Positions 8,647 through 16,101 of a DNA stretch of 64,000 nucleotides are shown here, one piece after another. The first letter of the stretch is position 1. Each line of letters begins with the position of its first letter. This stretch comes from a virus. The stretch covers positions 32,001 to 96,000 of the IMG/VR virus record IMGVR_UViG_3300010354_000046; one strand, given 5' to 3'. Made by a program: the position numbers and the translations under genes. The notes beneath the pieces are model-generated. The model was not told the origin of the DNA. It saw nothing but the letters and a program-made list of their open reading frames with translations, and made no database searches.

Positions 8647-8997
8647 ATGAGTATTACTATTTCTGGCATTGATTTTGTCAAGCCTGGCGAACTGCTCTAC
8701 TCTAATCCCCGTGCTATTGACATTCTCGTGCGTGAGATTGTGTCTAGCATGGCTGAGAGTAGCATTGACCTGATCTGCGATGCTGGGCCCACTGAGTACC
8801 CAAACAAGGCTAGCATTGAGGACTGCCTCACTGGGTGCAGTGAAATGGGTGTGGACTTCGTTGAGGACATGATCAACGAACTGCGCGACAAATTGGTAGC
8901 ACGCCTGCAAGCCGTAAAGGTCAAGCCCGTTGTCAAGGAAATCCACTTCGATGAGAAGGGTTATTCCGATGTCGTGGTTGACATTGAGCTCGTTTGA
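8647..8997 (+). CDS. early hypothetical protein
   Basis: Own promoter; GGAGCG RBS. Confidence 0.8.
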   Translation: MSITISGIDFVKPGELLYSNPRAIDILVREIVSSMAESSIDLICDAGPTEYPNKASIEDCLTGCSEMGVDFVEDMINELRDKLVARLQAVKVKPVVKEIHFDEKGYSDVVVDIELV

Positions 8998-9035
8998 GCT
9001 TATAATAGAGTTATTGTTTAACAAAGGAGCGAACT

Positions 9036-9305
9036 ATGTCAAACTACCCTAACATGTCCTACTGCATGTGCAACAACACTCTCATGGCCCTGCGCCAAGT
9101 AATGGACGCCATGCAAGAGGAAGGTCCTATGTTCTTGCGTGAAATCAGCAAGGACGAGTACCGCTCTTACCGGGCCCTGTTTGACGCCTGCGAGAGCTTC
9201 CTCACTCTCAGCGAAGAGCTGGAGACTATTGTAGAGGAAGAAGACTACCACGATGGACAGCCCGACGAAGCTCAGGAGTGGCATGACTTCGACCCCGACT
9301 GCTAA
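9036..9305 (+). CDS. early acidic hypothetical protein
   Basis: Own promoter; GGAGCGAA RBS; C-terminal DGQPDEAQEWHDFDPDC. Confidence 0.8.
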   Translation: MSNYPNMSYCMCNNTLMALRQVMDAMQEEGPMFLREISKDEYRSYRALFDACESFLTLSEELETIVEEEDYHDGQPDEAQEWHDFDPDC

Positions 9306-9314
9306 GGAGTAGAC

Positions 9315-9545
9315 ATGATCACAGCAGACACACTCAAAGTCCTTACAGGGTTTGGGCCGCAAGGCCTTACTACATTGATTCGTCGTGCAGGCTACAAGGA
9401 GGACACCTTTACGGGTGCAAAGTTCCTGGGCTTGACTAACGGCGGACAGTTCTGCTACCTCTGCACCTACAAGGGCGAGTTCGAGGACACCTGTAAGGTT
9501 TTCCTTACAGTCAACAAGGACGGAACTGTAAGGGCAGAGTACTAA
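9315..9545 (+). CDS. early hypothetical protein
   Basis: AAGGAG RBS. Confidence 0.75.
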   Translation: MITADTLKVLTGFGPQGLTTLIRRAGYKEDTFTGAKFLGLTNGGQFCYLCTYKGEFEDTCKVFLTVNKDGTVRAEY

Positions 9546-9615
9546 TACCCGTTCGGTTGACACGGGTATTGATTGATGTTATACTATAGGCACAGTAACA
9601 AAACAGGAGCGTGAA

Positions 9616-10071
9616 ATGGCAACTCGAAGCACTATTGCATTGGAATTCGCAGACGGTACTGTCCAGCAGGTCTACTGCCACTGGGACGGCTACATTGATC
9701 ACAACGGCAAAATTCTGTTTGAGAACTATTCGAATCCCTTTATCCTGCGCGACTTGATTGACATGGGCGACATTAGCTCGCTGGGTCCCAAAGTCGGCAC
9801 CAAGCATCCGTTTAGCCCGCATGGCGATGGCGACAAGGCTGCATACGATGCGGCACAAGAGGCAGGCTACACTACATTCTACGGACGCGACAGAGGCGAA
9901 GACGGAGTGAGTGCTAAGAAGTTCAAAGACTTCGAGGACTACAAAGCCAATCACCAATATGAGGAATATGAGTATATTCTGCGTACCGACGGGCTGTGGT
10001 ATGTGTCGCAATACGGACGCCCCTACGAGCTGCTGTCAGCAGCTCTGCAACGTCAACTGGAGGAAGCATGA
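9616..10071 (+). CDS. early phage protein (YCHWDGY family)
   Basis: MATRSTIA...VYCHWDGY; own promoter and GGAGCG RBS. Confidence 0.8.
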   Translation: MATRSTIALEFADGTVQQVYCHWDGYIDHNGKILFENYSNPFILRDLIDMGDISSLGPKVGTKHPFSPHGDGDKAAYDAAQEAGYTTFYGRDRGEDGVSAKKFKDFEDYKANHQYEEYEYILRTDGLWYVSQYGRPYELLSAALQRQLEEA

Positions 10072-10283
10072 AAACAGTCCGAGTAGAGACACTTCTAGTC
10101 CAGGAACTCGAAGTTCCTGATGACTGGGAACGAGAGCACGTCTACGACTTCCTTGGAGAGTATCAGAGCTTCCGTACTGCGTTCCAAGGTGTCAGCAACG
10201 AAGATCAAACAGCTAGGATCGTAGACCTTATGGTCCTAGAGGAAACGGTAACTGAACTAGGTGAGGAGGCCTACGATGAGTAA
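10068..10283 (+). CDS. early acidic hypothetical protein
   Basis: GGAGG RBS, ATGA overlap. Confidence 0.7.
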   Translation: MKTVRVETLLVQELEVPDDWEREHVYDFLGEYQSFRTAFQGVSNEDQTARIVDLMVLEETVTELGEEAYDE

Positions 10284-10452
10284 AATGAGTGAACTGGCAT
10301 ACGACATTGAGCAACTATACATTGAAGGACTCAATGTAGGGCAGATTGCCCGTGAGCTGAATTGTCCCAAAGAGATTGTTCAAGACTGGCTGGCAGATCA
10401 AAGCCTGCGAGAGTTCGAGGATCTCGACCCGTACAACACCGTCAACAGCTAA
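10276..10452 (+). CDS. small helix-turn-helix protein
   Basis: LYIEGLNVGQIARELNCPKEIVQDWL; GAGGAGG RBS. Confidence 0.65.
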   Translation: MSKMSELAYDIEQLYIEGLNVGQIARELNCPKEIVQDWLADQSLREFEDLDPYNTVNS

Positions 10453-10614
10453 GTTTCGCGGGCCCTATCGCCTGGGTACTCTCTATAGGACCTGTACCCT
10501 GCAACCTGGGCCTGCCACCGCACTCGACCGTTGTATAGATGCAACAACCCTTCGATTGACTTGGGTATTGAAAGATGCTATACTATAGGCTAAGTTAAAC
10601 AAACAGGAGCAGAC

Positions 10615-10824
10615 ATGGAACTTCAACTTCAGAACCCAATGCAAGTTAAGATTGCAGATCTGCTGTGGGTAGCCCAAACCCAGCGCGAAGTCACAGCAAT
10701 CCTTAATACCTTTGGGCACGATGCTCGTGTAGTCTATGAGCTCATGGTTGCCGCTAGTTTTGACAACATCACTGATACCCAGGACGCTGATAGGGTTATT
10801 AAGCGTTTGGTTGACAAGCAGTGA
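10615..10824 (+). CDS. early hypothetical protein
   Basis: Own promoter; AGGAGC RBS; flanked by a 30-bp direct repeat. Confidence 0.75.
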   Translation: MELQLQNPMQVKIADLLWVAQTQREVTAILNTFGHDARVVYELMVAASFDNITDTQDADRVIKRLVDKQ

Positions 10825-10870
10825 TTTTGGTGCTATACTATAGGCTAAGTTAAACAAACAAGGAGCGCAA

Positions 10871-11128
10871 ATGAAAGAGTTGAAAGAGTTCGTGGATCGC
10901 GAGAACAAGTGGAGTGCTATCTTTGGTAGCCCTGCACTGAGCCTGCAGAGTGCGGCAGATCGCAAGAAGATCGCTAACAAGATTGATTCCTGCCTGAGCC
11001 CAGAGAACTTGACCTGCGATGGAGAGATCAGCCATGCAGAAGCCAATCGCAAGTTCCGCTTCCTCACTAAGGCCGCAGAGCAATTGATGAAGTTGGATCC
11101 CTCTGTTGAAATTCACGAATACTACTAA
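10871..11128 (+). CDS. early hypothetical protein
   Basis: Own promoter; GGAGCG RBS; LSPENLTCDGE motif. Confidence 0.8.
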   Translation: MKELKEFVDRENKWSAIFGSPALSLQSAADRKKIANKIDSCLSPENLTCDGEISHAEANRKFRFLTKAAEQLMKLDPSVEIHEYY

Positions 11129-11137
11129 GGAGCGAAC

Positions 11138-11719
11138 ATGCCTAATTGGTGCAACAACACAGTCACCCTGCGTCACAAAGATTCTGCGATGGTCCAGCGA
11201 GCCCAAGAGGCACTGGCCAATGGCAGACTTCTGCAGGAGTTCATTCCTTGCCCACAGGACTTGATTGATACTGTAGCAGGCTTCATGGGAGAAGACAAGC
11301 GTGAAGCACACGAAGCACAGCAGAAGCGCAACATTGAGAATCACGGCTATGCCAATTGGTATGACTGGAATGTGGCCAACTGGGGAACCAAATGGGATGT
11401 AGGCGGCGATGACGGCTTGACACAGCGTCTGGATCCTAACACGCTAGAAGCAAGTTTTGACAGCGCATGGGCTCCTCCAGTTAATGCCTACGAGAAGCTC
11501 TGTGCCCTAGGCTTTGAGATTGAAGCATACTACAATGAGCCCGGCATGGCGTTCTGTGGTAAGTGGAGTGGCGACGAAGACGACTACTCGGATGACTATT
11601 ACGAATACGGTGGTGAAACCTCTGCCACTGTGCGAGAAGCAATCGGCGAAGAGCTAGATGACTTCTGGTGTATTTCAGAGGATATGGCCAACTGGGAAGA
11701 AGAAAATGCAGAAGAATAA
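11138..11719 (+). CDS. DUF1281/YubB-like ferredoxin-fold protein
   Basis: MPNWCNN, WYDWNVANWGTKW, FDSAWAPP, YNEPGMAFCG motifs. Confidence 0.7.
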   Translation: MPNWCNNTVTLRHKDSAMVQRAQEALANGRLLQEFIPCPQDLIDTVAGFMGEDKREAHEAQQKRNIENHGYANWYDWNVANWGTKWDVGGDDGLTQRLDPNTLEASFDSAWAPPVNAYEKLCALGFEIEAYYNEPGMAFCGKWSGDEDDYSDDYYEYGGETSATVREAIGEELDDFWCISEDMANWEEENAEE

Positions 11720-11852
11720 CAGGACTCTTAACCAAGAGCACGAACGCAGGCAAGAAGGGCGGGTGCGCCCCAAACAGCCGGAATACGATTTCAAACCCTT
11801 GGAAGAAGTTATAGCCATTTGGGTGCGGGAAAGGTTAAATACTCCAACATGA
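11706..11852 (+). CDS. small hypothetical protein
   Basis: Fills the gap; overlaps both neighbours. Confidence 0.45.
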   Translation: MQKNNRTLNQEHERRQEGRVRPKQPEYDFKPLEEVIAIWVRERLNTPT

Positions 11853-12148
11853 GTAGACTTCAACTATATGGCAGACCTTGGGTTGTCTTTGACGCCCAGA
11901 ACAAGGACCATCGTCGTTGGTTTGCTGAATTCAACAAGAACCTTTCCTGGAAGAACTGCCCTGTGCGCTTCGTGGTAAACGAGGATCACGGTGACTTGAT
12001 TACACAAATTCAACGCTCTCTAATCCAATTTTATGTGGATAAAGAGTTTGGCACTGATGCAGACCCGCATACCCGTACCAAACCGGGTGTTGTAGGAAAA
12101 CAACAGAAAAAGGTTAACCAAAAGAAGCAAAAACCGGTTGACAATTAA
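11849..12148 (+). CDS. early hypothetical protein
   Basis: ATGA overlap at 11849; reads into the next promoter. Confidence 0.7.
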   Translation: MSRLQLYGRPWVVFDAQNKDHRRWFAEFNKNLSWKNCPVRFVVNEDHGDLITQIQRSLIQFYVDKEFGTDADPHTRTKPGVVGKQQKKVNQKKQKPVDN

Positions 12149-12227
12149 CCAATTCGAACTTATAATTTAAACATGCTGAAGAATGGTTCTGAGGCATACT
12201 TTTTAAACACACAGAAAGAGGCACATT

Positions 12228-12581
12228 ATGGCTACTGATAAAACTTTTACCGTTGCAGGCGTTTCCAAGCACAAGGGCGAATACAAAGTTCGCTTCGCCA
12301 ATGATATCATGCGTATCAAGAATCTTGATAAGGCAGGTCACGAAGACATCCGTCTCTGTGAACTGGACAAGGCAATGACCAAGTTCGATGCCATCAAGGC
12401 TATTAGTACTATGGCTGAGTTCTCAGACGCGGCTGCACAGAGCTGCATCAGTGAGTATCTTGAGGACAAAGCTCCCAAAGCCAAAACAGCACCTGCGAAG
12501 GTCCCTGCGAAGGCTACACCTAAGGCCAAGGCTACTGCGCCCAAGGCCAAAGTTACCGAGGACGAAGACGCTCCTTTCTAA
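12228..12581 (+). CDS. hypothetical protein with Lys/Ala/Pro-rich histone-like tail
   Basis: KAPKAKTAPAKVPAKATPKAKATAPKAK; own promoter, GAGG RBS, terminator. Confidence 0.75.
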   Translation: MATDKTFTVAGVSKHKGEYKVRFANDIMRIKNLDKAGHEDIRLCELDKAMTKFDAIKAISTMAEFSDAAAQSCISEYLEDKAPKAKTAPAKVPAKATPKAKATAPKAKVTEDEDAPF

Positions 12582-12585
12582 ACAC

Positions 12586-12606
12586 AGGGGGTGCAATGCC
12601 CCCTTT
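12586..12606 (+). terminator. probable intrinsic terminator
   Basis: AGGGGGT-gcaat-GCCCCCT followed by a short T-run. Confidence 0.55.
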
Positions 12607-12627
12607 CCAATCTAACATATCTATATC

Positions 12628-12816
12628 ATGACCTGGGAACTCTACGAAGTTTGGGCTGTTGATTCTGACGGCCACGAGGATTTGATCGACACCACAAAAG
12701 ATCTTAAGGCAGCAAGGACCATGGCTAGAGCTAATCTAGACGATGATGTCGTTGAATGCATCATTTATCGTGAAAACGAAGACGGAGATTTGGAGATGGT
12801 AGAACGTGTTAGATAA
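12628..12816 (+). CDS. hypothetical protein
   Basis: 62 aa acidic ORF upstream of the tRNAs. Confidence 0.65.
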   Translation: MTWELYEVWAVDSDGHEDLIDTTKDLKAARTMARANLDDDVVECIIYRENEDGDLEMVERVR

Positions 12817-12826
12817 GTAAAAAACC

Positions 12827-12905
12827 GGGCCGTTAGCTCATGCTTGGTTAGAGCAGTGGACTCATAATCCATTGGTGCTAGGTTCGACTCCTAGACGGCC
12901 CACCA
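12827..12905 (+). tRNA. tRNA with CAT anticodon, most likely tRNA-Ile2 (lysidine type)
   Basis: GGGCCGT/ACGGCCC acceptor stem, GACTCATAATC anticodon arm, GGTTCGA T-loop, encoded CCA. Confidence 0.9.
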
Positions 12906-12908
12906 AAT

Positions 12909-12985
12909 CTGACTGTAGCTCAACTGGATAGAGCAACAGCCTTCTAAGCTGTAGGTCGGGGGTTCGAGTCCCTCCAGTCAGGCCA
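12909..12985 (+). tRNA. tRNA-Arg(TCT)
   Basis: CTGACTG/CAGTCAG acceptor stem, ACAGC-CTTCTAA-GCTGT anticodon arm, GGTTCGAG, encoded CCA. Confidence 0.93.
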
Positions 12986-13097
12986 TTCTGCCCCGCACTC
13001 GCCTGTTGTATAAACGCAACACCAATACCCATTCGGTTGACTTGGGTATTGAATTGTGCTATACTGTGTTCATAGTAAGCAATTAGGAGCGAACCAA

Positions 13098-13382
13098 ATG
13101 GCTAAACTGTTAATCCAAACCCAAGTTTATGAGAACTATGGCTACCGCTGGAAAGCCAAAGGAGGCGGCGACTATGTGGTTAAGAACTTTAAAGACTTCA
13201 ACCGTGTCACAGAGTTCGTCATGGCTCTCCGCAGCCAAGTCGAGCAGGACAACGAATTCTACCGCGAGCACATCATTGGTTGGGAAGTGGTTGCCGACGA
13301 CTACCTTACAGAGTTCGAGCGCGATCAGCTGGAGTACGAGGGCCAGATCCGCTACCCGGCCAACGAGCTGGTTGTAGAATAA
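13098..13382 (+). CDS. early hypothetical protein
   Basis: Own promoter; GGAGCGAA RBS; TQVYENY...WKAKGG. Confidence 0.8.
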   Translation: MAKLLIQTQVYENYGYRWKAKGGGDYVVKNFKDFNRVTEFVMALRSQVEQDNEFYREHIIGWEVVADDYLTEFERDQLEYEGQIRYPANELVVE

Positions 13383-13389
13383 GGAGTAC

Positions 13390-13494
13390 ATGATGCTTGA
13401 AATTCTTATTGCTGTATTGGTTATTGTCATCATTGGCGTGAATATTGCAACGACTGTATCGACTAGGTTTCGCCGGTGGCTCTATAGCAAATAA
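13390..13494 (+). CDS. 34 aa membrane peptide (not in ORF track)
   Basis: AAGGAG RBS; MMLEILIAVLVIVIIGV... Confidence 0.5.
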   Translation: MMLEILIAVLVIVIIGVNIATTVSTRFRRWLYSK

Positions 13495-13563
13495 CCTTTC
13501 GGTTGACAGGGTTACCAAAAGACGCTATAATTAAGGCTACAGTAAACAAACAAGGAGCGCAAA

Positions 13564-13803
13564 ATGGGTATGTGGACTACAGACAACCAAGATACAATGA
13601 GCCTGGTGCTCAAGGCATTCAGCGAAGCCGCTCGTGAAAACTATGGTGGTCATGCTTTTGAAGCAGGCTATCTACAGAGTGTGATAGTTAGCCTTGTGCC
13701 ACTCTTGCCCAAGCGGGCTCAGAAGGTCCTGATAGACGACATGGTTCGTGCCGCTAAGAAGCAAGAGCAAGAAGTCAGCAACAAGCAAAAGGAGACTGTA
13801 TGA
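13564..13803 (+). CDS. early hypothetical protein
   Basis: Own promoter; GGAGCG RBS. Confidence 0.75.
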   Translation: MGMWTTDNQDTMSLVLKAFSEAARENYGGHAFEAGYLQSVIVSLVPLLPKRAQKVLIDDMVRAAKKQEQEVSNKQKETV

Positions 13804-14024
13804 TTAGAGAGCATATTCAGATTGATACCCGCCACGGTGGGCCTTACGATCGTGGATCGGCAGACAGCTACTACCGTCGTGGTCGTAACCCACACTTCTT
13901 CCGTGGTGACAGCTATCAATCCGAGCGTGTCACCTACAAGGACATGACTCCTGACGAGGTTGTGGCCTACAATGCAGGCTACGATGACAACGAAGAATTT
14001 GGTGACTACAAGGAGTGGTTGTGA
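13800..14024 (+). CDS. early hypothetical protein
   Basis: AAGGAG RBS; HGGPYDRGSADSYY motif. Confidence 0.75.
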   Translation: MIREHIQIDTRHGGPYDRGSADSYYRRGRNPHFFRGDSYQSERVTYKDMTPDEVVAYNAGYDDNEEFGDYKEWL

Positions 14025-14194
14025 TTTATCCCGAAGACATGACAGCTGAAGACATCATGGAGTTCGAGTACGAATGGGAACGCTACTGCGATTTGGCAGA
14101 TCCCTACAGCCTAGCCAGCATCAATGCTGAGCTTCAATGTGTTGCAGAAACACAACGCCAAAAGACCCTAGAGGTTGACGGGTCTTTCATTTGA
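14021..14194 (+). CDS. 57 aa acidic hypothetical protein (not in ORF track)
   Basis: AAGGAG RBS, GTGA overlap, reads through the next promoter cassette to TGA 14194. Confidence 0.55.
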   Translation: MIYPEDMTAEDIMEFEYEWERYCDLADPYSLASINAELQCVAETQRQKTLEVDGSFI

Positions 14195-14236
14195 GTATAT
14201 AATACATACATATTAACACAACAGGGAGCGACCCAA

Positions 14237-14620
14237 ATGACTAAAGTAAACTATGACAAGTTCGCCAGCTTTGACCTGAACGAAGCCTGTGACCATTTTG
14301 ACAGCATGGACCAGCGGGCCTGGAAGAAGATTGGCAAGTTCATCGTTGCAGACGGTCAAGAGTACGTGGATGTCATGGAGAACCACTTTGACTTTGAAGA
14401 CACCGCAGAAGGCGAATACGCGGCCTTTGACGCAGGTGTCCGTTATGCACTAACTAAGATGAACACGGCCCTGGAAGCCGCAGGTATAGACGTACAGATC
14501 TGCGAAGTGGACCTTGTGGAGAGCATGGGCTTTATTATGGTCCGTTGCGATGATGAGCCCGAGGATTTTGTAAAACGAGCCCTAAAAAAGCCTGTCATGA
14601 TGGTTGACAGCTGGGTCTAA
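14237..14620 (+). CDS. early acidic hypothetical protein
   Basis: Own promoter; GGGAGCG RBS. Confidence 0.8.
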   Translation: MTKVNYDKFASFDLNEACDHFDSMDQRAWKKIGKFIVADGQEYVDVMENHFDFEDTAEGEYAAFDAGVRYALTKMNTALEAAGIDVQICEVDLVESMGFIMVRCDDEPEDFVKRALKKPVMMVDSWV

Positions 14621-14664
14621 AGACTGTATAATAAACACTTCAACAACGCAAACAGGAGCGAAAC

Positions 14665-15012
14665 ATGTCTGCAAACTACACTCAAGAGCAGGTCAACGAA
14701 ATCGTACGTGAAGCACAAGAGGCAGCTCGTAAGGCTGCTCTGGACTTTTTCCAAACCCGTTTGGGCGGTCGTGACCAGTACGCCTGTGGCTTTGCCTGGG
14801 TCAACATCTACCGGGTCAAAGGCAACACCAAACTGGGCAAGATGCTCAAAGCCGCTGGTGTGCGTCAAGACTACACCAAAGCATTTCAAATTTGGAATCC
14901 CAGTGGCATGCCCGTGCAGAACGTAGACACTCTGGAAGCGGGTGCAGAAGCCGCCGCAAATGTCTTTCAAAAGTATGGCTTCGAAGCTTACGCAGGTAGC
15001 CGATTGGATTGA
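14665..15012 (+). CDS. early hypothetical protein (CGFAWV family)
   Basis: Own promoter; GGAGCGAA RBS. Confidence 0.8.
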   Translation: MSANYTQEQVNEIVREAQEAARKAALDFFQTRLGGRDQYACGFAWVNIYRVKGNTKLGKMLKAAGVRQDYTKAFQIWNPSGMPVQNVDTLEAGAEAAANVFQKYGFEAYAGSRLD

Positions 15013-15068
15013 CAAAAGGGCCGCAAGGCCTTATAATAGATACTTCAACAAACAGTAAGGAGCGACAA

Positions 15069-15965
15069 ATGGGTAGACCCCTAGGCAGTAAGAACAAGGT
15101 TATGACACTGGCAGCACTCAAGCAGATTGAGTCCGACACCAAGAGCCTTGTACAGGATCCAGTTGAGAAAGACCTCAGCAAGGAAACAGACGAGCAGATT
15201 ATGGAGCGTCTGGGACAACGTTTTGAGATCCTGGAAGACATGACTCGTGCAGTCAAGAAGGGCGATGTACGTGCTATGATTGTATCGGGCCCTCCGGGTG
15301 TGGGCAAGAGCTTTGGCGTGGAGAAAGTACTAAGCAAGCACGATGTGTTCGCCGATGTTGCTGACGACAAGAAGCTGAAGAAGTACGAGATTGTCAAGGG
15401 CGCAATGAGTGCCATTGGCTTGTACTCAAAGCTCTATGAGTTCTCGGACAAGAAGTCAATCCTTGTGTTTGACGACTGTGACAGCGTATTGCTGGACGAC
15501 TTGAGCTTGAACATTCTCAAGGCAGCTCTGGACAGCAGTAAGAAGCGTACCATCCATTGGAACACTGACAGCAGGCTCCTGCGCTCAGAAGGTGTGCCCA
15601 ACAGCTTTGAGTTCAAGGGCGGTGCTATCTTTATTACCAATATCAAGTTCGACAACGTGCGCTCAAAGAAGCTGCGCGATCACTTGGAAGCATTGGAAAG
15701 CCGTTGCCACTACTTGGACTTGACTATTGACACAGAGCGTGAGAAGCTTCTACGCATCCGTCAGGTTGTACGTGATGCAGGCATGCTGGATGACTACGAG
15801 CTTAGTGATACAGCTAAGGCTGAAGTGGTAGACTTCATTGCAGACAATAGTAAGCGTATGCGTGAGCTGAGCTTGCGTATGGTGCTTAAGGTAGCAGACA
15901 TACGCCGTAGCATGCCCAACAACTGGCGTGCTGTAGTAGAGGTTACCTGTATGCGTAACCGTTAA
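15069..15965 (+). CDS. AAA+ family ATPase
   Basis: Walker A GPPGVGKS, Walker B LVFDDCD, ALESRC arginine finger; start set at ATG 15069 from promoter and RBS. Confidence 0.85.
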   Translation: MGRPLGSKNKVMTLAALKQIESDTKSLVQDPVEKDLSKETDEQIMERLGQRFEILEDMTRAVKKGDVRAMIVSGPPGVGKSFGVEKVLSKHDVFADVADDKKLKKYEIVKGAMSAIGLYSKLYEFSDKKSILVFDDCDSVLLDDLSLNILKAALDSSKKRTIHWNTDSRLLRSEGVPNSFEFKGGAIFITNIKFDNVRSKKLRDHLEALESRCHYLDLTIDTEREKLLRIRQVVRDAGMLDDYELSDTAKAEVVDFIADNSKRMRELSLRMVLKVADIRRSMPNNWRAVVEVTCMRNR

Positions 15966-16101
15966 GAGTAAGCGGCCCGAGAGCCGCACTGGACCAGCCA
16001 ACGATTCGCTCCCGGTAACTGGTCCCCAAAAGGTCCCATAAGTCCGATTCGCTCCCGGCAAGACCTTTTTCAAATCCCCGACTGGTTCGGGGATTTTTTT
16101 T
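15966..16101 (+). ncRNA. candidate structured anti-RBS small RNA (3' UTR of the AAA+ gene)
   Basis: Four consecutive hairpins; two present the loop ATTCGCTCC, complementary to the GGAGCGAA early RBS. Confidence 0.6.
16072..16101 (+). terminator. intrinsic terminator closing the early island
   Basis: AAATCCCCGA-ctggt-TCGGGGATTT with T8. Confidence 0.9.

Larger units (their letters stand above)
5456..15037 (+). promoter_or_regulatory. array of 17 sigma70-type early promoters
   Basis: TTGAC(A/T/G)-17 nt-TATA(A/C)T with -35 starting at 5456, 5669, 6064, 6831, 7269, 7729, 8589, 8978, 9557, 10556, 10811, 12138, 13037, 13503, 14175, 14604, 15009. Confidence 0.92.

Noticed and set aside
5655-14187. 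Recurring palindromic repeats as a CRISPR array
   Set aside because: Intervals are hundreds of bases of protein-coding genes, the repeats are degenerate promoters, and no cas genes are present.
5655-14187. Integron cassette array with attC sites
   Set aside because: No integrase in the window, the hairpins are too short and lack the RYYYAAC/GTTRRRY architecture, and the cassettes carry their own promoters.
15009-15068. TTG start at 15009 for the AAA+ ATPase, and similar upstream starts in the ORF track
   Set aside because: That TTG is the -35 box of the gene's own promoter; the ATG at 15069 follows the RBS.
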